Below are positions 18,950 through 29,799 of a stretch of DNA of 64,000 nt, piece by piece. The stretch is from Arcobacteraceae bacterium. Its GTDB lineage: Bacteria; Campylobacterota; Campylobacteria; Campylobacterales; Arcobacteraceae. Under the pieces are notes generated by a model, which saw only the letters and a list, made by a program, of their open reading frames with translations, did no database searches and was not told the origin of the DNA. Position numbers and translations under genes: made by a program. The stretch spans positions 9,961 through 73,960 of the forward strand of contig JBLWVX010000010.1 of assembly GCA_048268245.1 (NCBI GenBank), written 5' to 3'. Positions within the stretch are counted from its first letter, which is position 1, and each line of letters opens with the position of its first letter.

Positions 18950-19843
18950 TTATTTTATTTCATTACTTTTTTTCAATAATACAATAGTAGCAAAAATTGA
19001 TAGTAAAATACCAAAAAAAGTATTAATATTTATTTTTTCATTTTCCATAAAATATATTAAAAAAGCAACAATAGCAGGATTTAAATATACATAAGCCATA
19101 AGTTTATTAGGTCCTAGAATAACAGTTGATTTTTGATATAAAAAAACAGTAATCAAAGTAGCTCCTATACTTAAATATAACATATACCAAAAGTTTTCAC
19201 CTTGGAGTTTTTCCCAATGTAAAGGAATGTCTAATGCTACTAAAGCAATACTCATCCAAATAATCCCACCAAATAGTGTCATCAAAGTAATACTTAATAC
19301 TTCATCATCTTTTTCATAAAAGAATTTTGTACTTATTGAATACAAAGCCATAGATAAAACACCAAATAAAAATATAATATCTCCATTGTTAAAACTTAAG
19401 TTTATTAATCTTTGAATATCTCCATCAAAGATAACTATAGTAGTACCTATCATTCCAATTAAATATATAAACAGCTTTAAAATATTTAGTTTATCTTTGA
19501 AAATAAAGTTTGCTAATATTGCAGTGATTAAAGGTACTAAAGTAAATAGTGTTGCTGTGTTTAAAGCTGTTGTATCTTCTAAAGCTTTAAAAAGTAAAAT
19601 AAAATACAAACTATAAAAGAAGCTTATTTTAAGACCTTTTATAAAACTTCCTTTTATTTTTACTCTATATTTTTTTACTATTAAAATAATAGGTAGTAAA
19701 CTTATAAAAGCTAAAACAAACCTTCCTAAAGTTAAAGAGATTGGATCTATTATTCCAGATAGTTTTCCTGAGATTATAAAAGATAGTGCTACTAGTATTG
19801 TGGCTGTGAATACCAAGATATGTGCTTGTATATTTTGATTCAT
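18950..19843 (-). CDS. DMT/EamA-family transporter
   Basis: Ten TM helices in two EamA-like repeats. Confidence 0.88.
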   Translation of the reverse strand: MNQNIQAHILVFTATILVALSFIISGKLSGIIDPISLTLGRFVLAFISLLPIILIVKKYRVKIKGSFIKGLKISFFYSLYFILLFKALEDTTALNTATLFTLVPLITAILANFIFKDKLNILKLFIYLIGMIGTTIVIFDGDIQRLINLSFNNGDIIFLFGVLSMALYSISTKFFYEKDDEVLSITLMTLFGGIIWMSIALVALDIPLHWEKLQGENFWYMLYLSIGATLITVFLYQKSTVILGPNKLMAYVYLNPAIVAFLIYFMENEKININTFFGILLSIFATIVLLKKSNEIK

Positions 19844-19926
19844 AAATTTCCTTTTTTATTTGTAGTTTATAAGAAGTAAAATTTTTTGTCATTTACATAG
19901 GTTGATTTTTTAGCTAATATTTCAAA

Positions 19927-20529
19927 ATGAATGAAGAAGAAATATTAAAAAGTTTAAATAAAACATTAAACTCATACTCTACTATCTCAAAAGAAACTTG
20001 GAATAAATTTAAAGAAATTTGCACTATTAGAAGTATCAAAAAAGGTCAATATGCCTATGATTTATACGATGAGGTAAATGAAATATCTTTTGTTTATAAA
20101 GGTTTATTTAGAACATTTAGTATGAATGAACAAGGTGAAGAGTATACAAAAAACTTTTTTTGGGAAACAAGATTTTATGGACCAATGGTTGCACTTCTTA
20201 CAAATAGTGAAGTTGATTCTTGTGTCCAAGCTTTAGAAGACTCTATTGTTGTTGATATTAAACATGATAAATATAGAGAACTTTTAAAAGAAGCCAATGA
20301 CCTAAAAATGTATCATATTTTATATTTGGAAAAACACTGGATACTACAAAAAGACCATAATACTTATGCTTTAGTTTTAGAAGATGCAAAACTTAGATAT
20401 GAAAGATTTTTAGATGAATTTGCACATATATTACCAAGACTTTCACAACATCATATTGCTTCATATCTTGGGATATCCCCTACTCACTTAAGTAGGATAA
20501 GAAAATCATTAGAAAATAAAAAACGGTAG
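19927..20529 (+). CDS. Crp/Fnr-family regulator
   Basis: cNMP-binding-like region; IASYLGISPTHLSRIR HTH. Confidence 0.9.
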   Translation: MNEEEILKSLNKTLNSYSTISKETWNKFKEICTIRSIKKGQYAYDLYDEVNEISFVYKGLFRTFSMNEQGEEYTKNFFWETRFYGPMVALLTNSEVDSCVQALEDSIVVDIKHDKYRELLKEANDLKMYHILYLEKHWILQKDHNTYALVLEDAKLRYERFLDEFAHILPRLSQHHIASYLGISPTHLSRIRKSLENKKR

Positions 20530-20536
20530 GAAAACT

Positions 20537-21343
20537 ATGCTAAAAAATTCAGTAATGAAAGAGCTATCTTTTCAAGAACATAAATTGATATTTAAATACA
20601 TTCATAAAAAACATACTTTCTCTAAACATATCCATGATGATAAATACATGCTAGGAATTTGTTTAGAGGGCAAAAACTATTTTAATATGGACAAGCAAGA
20701 TTTTGAAGTTACTAAAGGTATGTTATGCCTTATTCCACCAAATACTGTTCACTCATGTAAAACTACAAATATTGATAATAAATGGCAGTTTCTTACTTGT
20801 TTTATACCTAAAGATTTCTTTGAAGAAATTGCAAAAAGTATTTGTAATAAAAGTAACTTTACTTTTAAGAACTATTTCATAAAAGATAATGATTTAGCTA
20901 CTTATTTAGAAAAAATCATTAGAGATACTTTAACTCATGAAAAAGTTTTTGACAATGACATCATAGACTTCATCACCCTATTTTGTGAAAAATACATGAC
21001 ATATAAAGAAAAAATCAAAACCATTGAAAATGAAAAGTTTGAAGAGTTATTTAAATTTTTTAAAGAGGAAAAATATGATTTAAAAGAGTTTAGCTTTTAT
21101 GATATGGCAAAAGTTATGAACATGAACCCTTACTATTTTCATAGAGTTTTTTCAAAGTCTATAGGATTAACTCCTCAAACTTTTATAAACTTTTTACGAG
21201 TTTCAAAAGCTACAAAACTTTTAACAAACTATGAAAGTTTGTCACATTTAGCCCTAGAGTGTGGCTTTTATGATCAAGCACATTTTACAAAAGAGTTTAA
21301 AAAATATCATGGAGTAACACCTACAAAATATAAGAACATTTAA
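20537..21343 (+). CDS. AraC-family regulator
   Basis: KHIH cupin; CGFYDQAHFTKEFKKYHGVTP. Confidence 0.93.
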   Translation: MLKNSVMKELSFQEHKLIFKYIHKKHTFSKHIHDDKYMLGICLEGKNYFNMDKQDFEVTKGMLCLIPPNTVHSCKTTNIDNKWQFLTCFIPKDFFEEIAKSICNKSNFTFKNYFIKDNDLATYLEKIIRDTLTHEKVFDNDIIDFITLFCEKYMTYKEKIKTIENEKFEELFKFFKEEKYDLKEFSFYDMAKVMNMNPYYFHRVFSKSIGLTPQTFINFLRVSKATKLLTNYESLSHLALECGFYDQAHFTKEFKKYHGVTPTKYKNI

Positions 21344-21414
21344 AATATGTTCAAAATATTACAATACAAAAGTTTATTTAAACAGTAATATTCTTTAAAA
21401 ACAAAAGGAATTTT

Positions 21415-22761
21415 ATGTTTAAAACTATTTTATTTATTCTTATACCTATTTTTATTTATCTAGGATTATTTAGCTTTATAGAAGAGCAAAAAGACTTAAT
21501 ATTACTTAGTTTAATTATTACAACTATCATATATTGGGCTTCAAATCTAGTACCCTTATATTTTAGTTCTTTGATTTTTTTATTTACAGCACTTGCTTTT
21601 TCTCTAGCTAGTAAAGATGTGATTTTTTCAGGTTTTTCATCAGGAGCATTTTGGTTAGTCTTTGCAGGTATGCTAATAGCTACTGCTATAAAAAATACAA
21701 ATTTAACTCTAAGATTTACAAATCTATTTTCAAATATAAAAAACCTTACTTACTTAAAGCTTTTGATTTATATATCTATTTTTGCTGTTTTATTTAGTTT
21801 TGTTATGCCTTCAAGTGTAGTAAGAATTGTTTTAGTTATACCTTTGGCGATTGCACTAGCTTCTAGTTTAGGATTTCAAAAAGAAGACAAAGGTTTTACA
21901 GGAATTATGTTGACTTTTATTTTATGTACTTCTTTACCTGCATTTACTGTTTTACCAGCAAATGTACCAAATATGATACTTGCAGGACTTACAAAAGAAA
22001 TATATGATTATGAACTACTTTTTTCTTACTATTTTATAGCAAACTTTTTAGTTCTTGGGTTTATAAAAAATATAATTATTGTATCTTTAGTTTACTATTT
22101 CTTTAAAGATGAACTAAAAAATAAACTAAAAAAAGAAGAAATAGAAGGCTTTAAAAAAGATGAAAAAATTGTTTTAGCTACTATTTTTATAATGCTTATA
22201 TTATGGATGAGTGATTTTGTTCATCAAATCTCGCCAAGTATTATAGCTATAATAGGCGTATTATTTTTAGCATTTCCTACAATAAATATCATTAAAGCCA
22301 AAGATTTTAATAGTATCAATTTCTCTTCTTTGATATATGTAGTAGCTATTATTAGTTTAGGTTCAATTGTAGCTAATAATGACTTTTTGGAAAATGCTCT
22401 AAAATCTTTGGTTAATCAATACGAACCTTTTGATTTAGAGATTTTAAACTATATAACTCTTACATCTTTTATGTCTTTTAGCGGTATTATAATTACTCAA
22501 CCAACAATCCCAGCTATTTTTACACCAATTGCCCAACAGCTAAGTGATATAAGTGGTTTTAGTTTAAATGAAGTATTTATGATGCAAGTAGCAGCTTTTT
22601 CAAATGTATTTTTTCCATTTCAAGCCCCACCTTTAGCTGTAGGGCTTGCATTATCACAAATAAAACAAAGACATATGTTAAAAATCATACTTTTACTTGC
22701 ACTAATAACTATAGTTTTTTTATATCCATTAGAATATTTTTGGTTAAGTTTTTTAAGATAA
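21415..22761 (+). CDS. SLC13/DASS-family permease
   Basis: MPSSVVR, LPANVPN, FPFQAPP; many TM segments. Confidence 0.82.
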   Translation: MFKTILFILIPIFIYLGLFSFIEEQKDLILLSLIITTIIYWASNLVPLYFSSLIFLFTALAFSLASKDVIFSGFSSGAFWLVFAGMLIATAIKNTNLTLRFTNLFSNIKNLTYLKLLIYISIFAVLFSFVMPSSVVRIVLVIPLAIALASSLGFQKEDKGFTGIMLTFILCTSLPAFTVLPANVPNMILAGLTKEIYDYELLFSYYFIANFLVLGFIKNIIIVSLVYYFFKDELKNKLKKEEIEGFKKDEKIVLATIFIMLILWMSDFVHQISPSIIAIIGVLFLAFPTINIIKAKDFNSINFSSLIYVVAIISLGSIVANNDFLENALKSLVNQYEPFDLEILNYITLTSFMSFSGIIITQPTIPAIFTPIAQQLSDISGFSLNEVFMMQVAAFSNVFFPFQAPPLAVGLALSQIKQRHMLKIILLLALITIVFLYPLEYFWLSFLR

Positions 22762-22785
22762 AATTTACTTTTAATTGGAGTTATT

Positions 22786-23574
22786 ATGAATATAATAGAT
22801 TTTGAAAATATTAATGTAGGTTATAACGAAAAGATAGTACTTAAAGATATAACATTAAAGATTAAAGAAAATGAGCATTGGGCAATACTAGGTGCTAATG
22901 GTTCTGGAAAATCAACTTTGATAAAGATAATACAATCAGAACTTCACCCAAGAAGAACAAATAAATTTAAAAAAGAGATTTTAGGAAAAAGTAATTATTC
23001 TATTTTTGAGCTAAAGAAACAGCTAGGAATTATTACCAATGACTTACATAATTTCTTTTCTACCTCAGGTTCATACTTAAATGGATATGAAGTAACTCTT
23101 AGCGGATATTATAGCTCTATTGGAATTTTTTCTCATCAAGATTTCAGTGAAGAACAACACAAAAAAGCCCAAGAAGTAATGAGATTCTTAGAAATTAAAC
23201 ATTTAAAAGAAAAAAAAGTATCTACTATGTCTACAGGAGAACTTAGAAAATGTATAGTTGCAAGAGCTTTAATCCATGAACCCAAAGCATTTATTTTAGA
23301 TGAACCTACTGTTGGATTGGATATAAAAGCTCAAATAAATTTCATAGCAATGTTAAAAAAGTTATCTGCAAACTGCTCTATCATTTTAGTAACTCATCAC
23401 TTAGAAGAAATTTTTGAAGAGATTGACAATATCGCACTTATACATAAAAACAGTATCTATAAAAGTGGTAAGAAAAAAGAAATACTAACAAGTCAAAACT
23501 TATCAGAAATCTTTGATACTAAACTTCATATCAAAGAAAAAAAAGGACGTTATTTCGTAGAAGAAATAGGCTAA
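22786..23574 (+). CDS. ABC transporter ATP-binding protein (ModF-like)
   Basis: GANGSGKS, MSTGE, ILDEP, VTHH. Confidence 0.88.
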   Translation: MNIIDFENINVGYNEKIVLKDITLKIKENEHWAILGANGSGKSTLIKIIQSELHPRRTNKFKKEILGKSNYSIFELKKQLGIITNDLHNFFSTSGSYLNGYEVTLSGYYSSIGIFSHQDFSEEQHKKAQEVMRFLEIKHLKEKKVSTMSTGELRKCIVARALIHEPKAFILDEPTVGLDIKAQINFIAMLKKLSANCSIILVTHHLEEIFEEIDNIALIHKNSIYKSGKKKEILTSQNLSEIFDTKLHIKEKKGRYFVEEIG

Positions 23575-23909
23575 GACTTTTTTACATATTTTGGAGTTAT
23601 TTTAATAGCTCCAATTTTTGGTATCTTACAATCGATATTATGATTATCAGCACTATCAACTAATCTAATATTTTTAATTTTTGTACCAACTTTTACAACC
23701 GAAGAACTTCCTTTGATTTTTAAATCTTTTATAACTGTTACATCATCCCCTGCTCTTAATATTGCACCATTTGCATCTTTTACAGTAAACTCTTTTTCTT
23801 CTAAATCCTCTTTTGTAAACTCATGTGTGCACTCAGGGCAGATGATTAAACTTCTATCTTCATAAGTATATTCACAATTACATTTTGGACAATTTGGTAA
23901 ATCTAGCAT
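23571..23909 (-). CDS. Zinc-ribbon protein YjdM/PhnA family
   Basis: CPKC..EYTYED...CPEC, KDANG, IKDLKIKGSS. Confidence 0.92.
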   Translation of the reverse strand: MLDLPNCPKCNCEYTYEDRSLIICPECTHEFTKEDLEEKEFTVKDANGAILRAGDDVTVIKDLKIKGSSSVVKVGTKIKNIRLVDSADNHNIDCKIPKIGAIKITPKYVKKS

Positions 23910-23919
23910 TTATTTCCTT

Positions 23920-24552
23920 TTATTCTTCACCCATTTCAATAGCAATTCTTAGAAAACCTGTAAAAACAGCATTGTCAAATTTCACTGATGGATGAACGTT
24001 TTTTTTCATATCATCTAAATGTTTTGAATACTTTTCATAAAATTCAAAACTAGGCTTTGGTTTGTAAACAATATCTTTTAAATCAAAATATTTTATGATA
24101 TTTTTTGTAGTTGTTGGCTTTATAAAATACTCGCTTTGTCTTTTTAAATAATAAGGTACTACACTTATTATAGTCCACTTTGCAAGTCTGTATTCACCTA
24201 AAAACTCAACTAAACCCTCAAAACCTTCTTTTTTATTTCCATATAAAAGCTCATAAATTTCAATACTTAACATATCTTTTTCATAAGAGTTTAAAGTTGC
24301 TAGTGCATCTTTTAGTTTTAGTTTATCAAACAGCGATACCATAACTGATTTTTGAATAACTTTATAAAAGTTTTCAACTACTAAATTTGGGTTTGAAAAA
24401 TTCTCTTTTTTCAAAGCTTCTTTTGCAAACTCTTCAAGCTTTTCAGGCTTAAATTTTTTCATTCTTGGGAAAAAGTACTCATCCTTAAAGCCTTTTGGAT
24501 ATTGTTCTAAAAACTCAGCTTCTATGTCTTTTAGTTTTTCTAAATAGTGCAT
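23920..24552 (-). CDS. Hypothetical protein
   Basis: 210-aa ORF tightly packed in an operon; no family recognised. Confidence 0.7.
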   Translation of the reverse strand: MHYLEKLKDIEAEFLEQYPKGFKDEYFFPRMKKFKPEKLEEFAKEALKKENFSNPNLVVENFYKVIQKSVMVSLFDKLKLKDALATLNSYEKDMLSIEIYELLYGNKKEGFEGLVEFLGEYRLAKWTIISVVPYYLKRQSEYFIKPTTTKNIIKYFDLKDIVYKPKPSFEFYEKYSKHLDDMKKNVHPSVKFDNAVFTGFLRIAIEMGEE

Positions 24553-24553
24553 A

Positions 24554-25252
24554 TTAACTCTTCTTTAAGGCCTTATTTACAGCCTCTAGTGCATGTATAC
24601 TTGTAGTATCAAATAGTTTTATATTTGTATCATTTTGAGATACTAACATTCCTATTTCTGTACAGCCTAAGATAACACCTTGAGCACCTTTTGCCTTTAA
24701 TAAATCCATTATTCTTAAATACTCTTTTTTTGAAGAATCATTTATTTTCCCAAGACATAATTCCTCATATATTATCTTATGAACTATTTTTATATCTTCT
24801 TTATTTGGAACTATTACTTCAATATCAAAGTTTGCTTGTATTGTATTTTTATAAAAATCTTGCTCCATAGTAAAAGCTGTACCTAAAAGCCCTACTTTTT
24901 TGATACCTTCTTCTTGAAGTTTTTTACCAGTTGCATTTGCTATGTGTAAAATAGGAATACTAATATTTTCTTGGATAATAGGTGCAACTTTATGCATAGT
25001 GTTTGTACAAATAAGCAAAAAATCAGCCCCTGCATTTTGGATATTTTGGGCAGCTTCACTTAATATCTTTGATGTTTCATCCCATTTTCCTGAATGTTGT
25101 AATTTTTCTATCTCATCAAAATCAACACTATAAATGACTACTTTAGCACTATGTAAGCCACCCATTTGTTTTTTTACTTCTTCGTTGATTTGTTTATAAT
25201 ATAAAGCTGTACTCTCCCAACTCATTCCACCAAGCAGTCCTATAGTTTTCAT
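24554..25252 (-). CDS. Aspartate/glutamate racemase family protein
   Basis: GLLGGMSWEST, CTNTMH, LGCTEI. Confidence 0.93.
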   Translation of the reverse strand: MKTIGLLGGMSWESTALYYKQINEEVKKQMGGLHSAKVVIYSVDFDEIEKLQHSGKWDETSKILSEAAQNIQNAGADFLLICTNTMHKVAPIIQENISIPILHIANATGKKLQEEGIKKVGLLGTAFTMEQDFYKNTIQANFDIEVIVPNKEDIKIVHKIIYEELCLGKINDSSKKEYLRIMDLLKAKGAQGVILGCTEIGMLVSQNDTNIKLFDTTSIHALEAVNKALKKS

Positions 25253-25261
25253 TTTAAACCT

Positions 25262-25708
25262 TTATTTTATAGAAATATAAATCTCTATTTGCTCATCTTC
25301 TTCATATTTTTCAAAGTCAAAATTATATGCTCTTTCATATTCACACTCTTCTGAACTAAAATAGTTCCAAACATCATGCCAAGCATCAATTACTACATCA
25401 GGCAACTCACCTTGTTTTGTAAATACTAAATATCTATCTTTTTCAATCGTGATTGCATTTTTAGGTTTAGTAACTTCTACTCCTACTGTATAATCATAAT
25501 CAGAATTTACATCATTTTCATATTTGTTGTAAACACCATACATTGCAAAACTTTTAGCTTTGTTGAATGTCTTTGATTCTATATTGTCATCAACATATTT
25601 TTGCCATAAACCTGGTATTTTTGCTATTTCTTCATTTAGTTCTGTTTCGTTGTTTGTTCTTGTAGTAATACCTGCTACATAGAATTTTTCTAAGTATTTT
25701 ACTTTCAT
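25262..25708 (-). CDS. GyrI-like small-molecule-binding protein
   Basis: GITTRTNN, IPGLW, YTVG, RAYNFDFEKY. Confidence 0.85.
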   Translation of the reverse strand: MKVKYLEKFYVAGITTRTNNETELNEEIAKIPGLWQKYVDDNIESKTFNKAKSFAMYGVYNKYENDVNSDYDYTVGVEVTKPKNAITIEKDRYLVFTKQGELPDVVIDAWHDVWNYFSSEECEYERAYNFDFEKYEEDEQIEIYISIK

Positions 25709-25808
25709 ATTTCTCTTTTATTTTTATTTATGGAATAGTAGCAAAAGAAGATAAAAAGAATTTGATATTTGATTGAAGTATTGAATACATCGCCCAAAAG
25801 GCGATATA

Positions 25809-26333
25809 TTATCTTCTATAGTATGAGATTAGTGAAGCTTTAGCTATTGCGTGGTTGTTTAAGTAATAACCTACAATTGCAGGGTTTGTGTTTTTGTCTA
25901 AGCCTAGTTTTTCTGTATCTAAAGCATATACTGTAAAAATATATCTATGAGCTTTATCTCCTTTTGGAGGACAAGCACCACCAAAACCACTTTTCCCATA
26001 GTTTGTTACACTTTGAACTATATTTTTATGCTCTTTTGAACCAAAGTCTTTTTCTAAACTCATAGTATCTTTTGGAATATCAAAAACCAACCAATGCCAC
26101 CAACCAGAACCAGTTGGAGCATCTGGATCATAAACAGTTATAGCAAAAGATTTTGTACCTTTTGGTGCGTTTTCCCATGAAAGATGTGGAGATGTATTCT
26201 TTCCTGTACATCCAAAACCGTTAAACTCTTGAGTTTTTGTAAGTTGTCCTTTTAAAGTATCACTTTTTAAAGTAAAATTATCGGCAAATAGAGAAATAAA
26301 ACTAAATGCTAATACTAATAATATTTTTTTCAT
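25809..26333 (-). CDS. YbhB/YbcL (PEBP) family periplasmic protein
   Basis: YDPDAPTGSGWWHW, GACPP, HRYIFTVYAL. Confidence 0.93.
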   Translation of the reverse strand: MKKILLVLAFSFISLFADNFTLKSDTLKGQLTKTQEFNGFGCTGKNTSPHLSWENAPKGTKSFAITVYDPDAPTGSGWWHWLVFDIPKDTMSLEKDFGSKEHKNIVQSVTNYGKSGFGGACPPKGDKAHRYIFTVYALDTEKLGLDKNTNPAIVGYYLNNHAIAKASLISYYRR

Positions 26334-26399
26334 ATTCTTCCTTTTTGTAAGATAGTATTATTATAAACTAAAATAATATAAAAAAGTACTAGAAAAAAA

Positions 26400-27215
26400 C
26401 TAATTTTTGTTGTTTTTTATCTGTTTTGGAGTTAAGTTATACTCTTTTTTAAACACTTGTATAAACCAAGATAAGTTATCAAAGCCACATTCTTTACAGA
26501 CTTCACTAACATTTTTATCACTATTTTCTAAAAGTATCTTTGCTTTTTGCAGTCTTTTTTTTGTTTGCCATTTTTTAGGTGTTGTTTTGTAAACTTCTTT
26601 GAATTTCTGTCTAAAAGATATATCGCTCATTTTTAAAGCATATGATAGGTCTAAAATACTATCTTCAAATGAAAAATTGTTTTCTATAAAAGATTTAAAA
26701 TAGTTGTCTTTGTAGATTGAGTATAAAAAGCTTTTAAATTCAGTTGAGTATTTACTAGTTAATATATTTAAAAAAGCTTCTTCTAGTTTTAGTTTTATAA
26801 TCTCTTTATTTGTTGTTTTTAATGTTTTAACATAGTTACAAGTAGAGTTCATAACAATACTAAGTTCTTGTGTCTTTTTAAAACTTAATATATCTGTTTC
26901 TTTTGAAGTTTCATCTTTAAAAGATATATCATATTTTGAAATAAAATCTAAAAGTATAGAGTCTTCATAAAAAAATAACATAGCTTCATAATACTCATCT
27001 AAAACTTCACTCATCACATAAGTTCCACTTTTTAGAAATAAAAACTGATTCTCATCCACATAAATATCTTTATCATTTAGATGAAGAATTTTTGTACCTT
27101 TTATTACAAGTATTAAAACATTTGATTCTAATAAAACTTCATTTTTATACTGTGGTTCTTTTTGAATATAGTTAAAATATGAAAAGCTTTGAGTTTCAGG
27201 TATTTTTAGTTTCAA
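26400..27215 (-). CDS. AraC-family regulator
   Basis: CGFDNLSWFIQVFKKEYNLTP; upstream of the ybcL-like gene. Confidence 0.9.
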   Translation of the reverse strand: MKLKIPETQSFSYFNYIQKEPQYKNEVLLESNVLILVIKGTKILHLNDKDIYVDENQFLFLKSGTYVMSEVLDEYYEAMLFFYEDSILLDFISKYDISFKDETSKETDILSFKKTQELSIVMNSTCNYVKTLKTTNKEIIKLKLEEAFLNILTSKYSTEFKSFLYSIYKDNYFKSFIENNFSFEDSILDLSYALKMSDISFRQKFKEVYKTTPKKWQTKKRLQKAKILLENSDKNVSEVCKECGFDNLSWFIQVFKKEYNLTPKQIKNNKN

Positions 27216-27700
27216 TCTTTTTCCTTTTGACTACTCATATCTTTTATCATAGAATAGTTTATTAGAGTTTGATTTTCTCTTTTAACATAGTTTTTCTTTA
27301 ATTCTTTAAAACCAAGCTTCTCAAAAAAAGGTTTTGCTGTTATACTCGCATCAACTTTTAGTATTTTAATATCATGATTATTTGCATTTTTAATTATCTG
27401 CTCCAACATAAATCTACCTACTTTAAAACCTTGATATTTATGATGAACATAAAAACAATCTATATAATCATCCTCAAAAACATAAAAACCTACTATTTCA
27501 TCTTCAATCATACATAAATAAGTATTTGAAGTTTTAAGCCTGTTTTCCCAAGCTTTTAAATCTATATTTTTACTAGCCCAAGCATTTAATTGCTCTTTTG
27601 TATAATCTTTTTTATTTACATTATGCACAGTGTTTGTAAAAAGATTTACCACTTCTTTTAAATGTTTTTCTTCATAAGGTTTTATACTAAATGAACTCAT
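27212..27700 (-). CDS. GNAT N-acetyltransferase (YafP-like)
   Basis: DYTKEQLNAWA, YVHHKYQG, ASITAKPFFEK. Confidence 0.9.
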   Translation of the reverse strand: MSSFSIKPYEEKHLKEVVNLFTNTVHNVNKKDYTKEQLNAWASKNIDLKAWENRLKTSNTYLCMIEDEIVGFYVFEDDYIDCFYVHHKYQGFKVGRFMLEQIIKNANNHDIKILKVDASITAKPFFEKLGFKELKKNYVKRENQTLINYSMIKDMSSQKEKD

Positions 27701-28674
27701 TTTAAAATACCCACTATTTTATCTATTATCTTTTTATGAATCTGCTCTTTACTAACTTTGTCTTCATAACAAAGATTTGGATTTTGTTTTGTACCTTTTA
27801 ATATGATCTTACCTTTTTTAGTACACAGTGAAAATGAACTAAAAACATTTGAATCTTTTATCTTTTCATATATAAAGCTATCTTTAAAATGACTATTATC
27901 CAAAACTTTTTGATTTGATAAATTTATAAAATAAAAATCTTGTATATTGTGATTTAAACTGTTTTTATCAAACATTTGAGAATATTCCATATCAAATAAG
28001 ACTGCCTTTTTACTTGGTATTGATATTTGTATGCTTTTTAAAAAGTTTTCATCAAAACTCTTTAAATCTATACCATTTTCTTTAAACCAAGTACAATCTA
28101 AACTTTGAGTATTTAAACATTGGTTTTTATACTCTACATAATTTAACTTTGCAGATGAATATAAAGCCAAACTAGTAGCCCCAAGTAAAAAACCTACAGA
28201 ATTGATGTTTTTATAATCAATACTATTTTTAAATTTTTCAGTCTCTTTTAGCTTTTCAAAAGATATATGCATATCATTTGCTCTTAACCAAGGCTCATAA
28301 AAAGCAGTTGTTTTATCAAGTTTACTTCTTGTAAGCAAAACTATAAATCCTTTTTGCACTAAAGCTTTTGCTAACCAATCTATCTGATTAGAAGCACTTC
28401 TAAGACCCCCATGAGATAAAAAAATCAAAGGATACTTACCCTTTTTTAAAGCCCCATCTAAAGCAACACTTTGAGATACAAAAAGTTTGTGTTTCCCTAA
28501 AACAAACTCTTCATTATCAACACTTGGATAAAAAACCATACTTTTTATATCAGAGTTTCTATGCTTTGAATAAACATCAAAGGTAGTAAATCCAACTTTG
28601 TTGTTGGCTAATAATGCTGTAGATATAAAAAAGAAAAGAAGTAGTGTTTTTTGTATAGCTTTTATTGATTTCAA
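27697..28674 (-). CDS. Secreted alpha/beta-hydrolase-like protein
   Basis: Signal peptide, YPLIFLSHGG, LVQKGFIV, W.RAND; nucleophile elbow reads GFLLG. Confidence 0.65.
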   Translation of the reverse strand: MKSIKAIQKTLLLFFFISTALLANNKVGFTTFDVYSKHRNSDIKSMVFYPSVDNEEFVLGKHKLFVSQSVALDGALKKGKYPLIFLSHGGLRSASNQIDWLAKALVQKGFIVLLTRSKLDKTTAFYEPWLRANDMHISFEKLKETEKFKNSIDYKNINSVGFLLGATSLALYSSAKLNYVEYKNQCLNTQSLDCTWFKENGIDLKSFDENFLKSIQISIPSKKAVLFDMEYSQMFDKNSLNHNIQDFYFINLSNQKVLDNSHFKDSFIYEKIKDSNVFSSFSLCTKKGKIILKGTKQNPNLCYEDKVSKEQIHKKIIDKIVGILK

Positions 28675-28802
28675 TTCTTATCCTATATTTTCTTATTAAT
28701 TTTAATACTAAATGATAAAACTAGTTATCATTTTGAGATATTTTAGTAAAAATGTAAAGCAACTTTATCATTTGATTATAAAAATTTTTTAAATAGGATA
28801 TT

Positions 28803-29720
28803 CTATCTAAGTAAATTGTCTGTTAAATACCATTTATTTAAAGTGTCTTTAATACCTTTTTCTACTCCTTGAGTGTTCGGGAATAATGTTGTTGAAGTCA
28901 TTCCTACTTTTTCACATAACTCATATAGTTTGATAACTTCAGTTATTGGTAAAGTTATTTTTAATAAAGGAGTATTTGGTAAAATTGAAAATATATTTTC
29001 TAATCCTTCTACAACAAAACGCTCACCTCTATTACCACTATGTGAATGAACAGTAAATAAACCTTTTTGAGAAGATATATTAAGTGTGGAACTTCTAGGA
29101 ACATATAAGATTTTAAAATCGTATAAATTTTTAAATTCTAAATTTAATACCCAAATTGCTATCTTTTCATCACCTTTAAAACCTTTATCAGGTTCTTTTT
29201 CTTCTAAAAGTTCTATATATCTATAAAATGCTGAAGATACTGCAAAATACATAGCAACATATGGAGATTCAGTCCAATCTAATAATCTAGTAGGAACAGA
29301 GTGATGTTGAGCCATTGCCATTAATTCAAATATTTCTTCATTTGGCCATAAAGAAGGGTTAAGCAAATACTTATCTATATTATTTGGATTGAGATTATTC
29401 TCTCTAAAACTTATTGAATCATTTGGAATTTTTATACCTAAATTATCACAGTATTCTACAAATTTATTTAAAATAGATAATTCATTATAAACTTGCATAT
29501 CTGCAGTAGTTTTTTCTTCCTCTTCTTCTTTTTTTTCTTCCTGTAGTTTCTTATCATATTTTCTTAAAGAAGAAGGTATCAATCCCCAAGTTGAATTAGA
29601 CTGTCCTCGATAAATTAGTTTACAAGGGTCATCAAATAAATTATTAGTTGGACTTAACAATTCCCATAGTTCATTTGCAGTTTCACAATGTTTTTCTTTA
29701 AATGGCTCATATTTCATCAT
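28803..29720 (-). CDS. FRG domain-containing protein
   Basis: YRGQSNSTWGLIPS, AQHHSVPTRLLDWTESPYVAMYFA, SQKGLF. Confidence 0.92.
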   Translation of the reverse strand: MMKYEPFKEKHCETANELWELLSPTNNLFDDPCKLIYRGQSNSTWGLIPSSLRKYDKKLQEEKKEEEEEKTTADMQVYNELSILNKFVEYCDNLGIKIPNDSISFRENNLNPNNIDKYLLNPSLWPNEEIFELMAMAQHHSVPTRLLDWTESPYVAMYFAVSSAFYRYIELLEEKEPDKGFKGDEKIAIWVLNLEFKNLYDFKILYVPRSSTLNISSQKGLFTVHSHSGNRGERFVVEGLENIFSILPNTPLLKITLPITEVIKLYELCEKVGMTSTTLFPNTQGVEKGIKDTLNKWYLTDNLLR

Positions 29721-29799
29721 TTACTCTCAATTGTTTTTATTTGATACTCTAATTTTGCATTACTAATACTTAAGTAAAATAATTTGCATAAGTTTTTTA

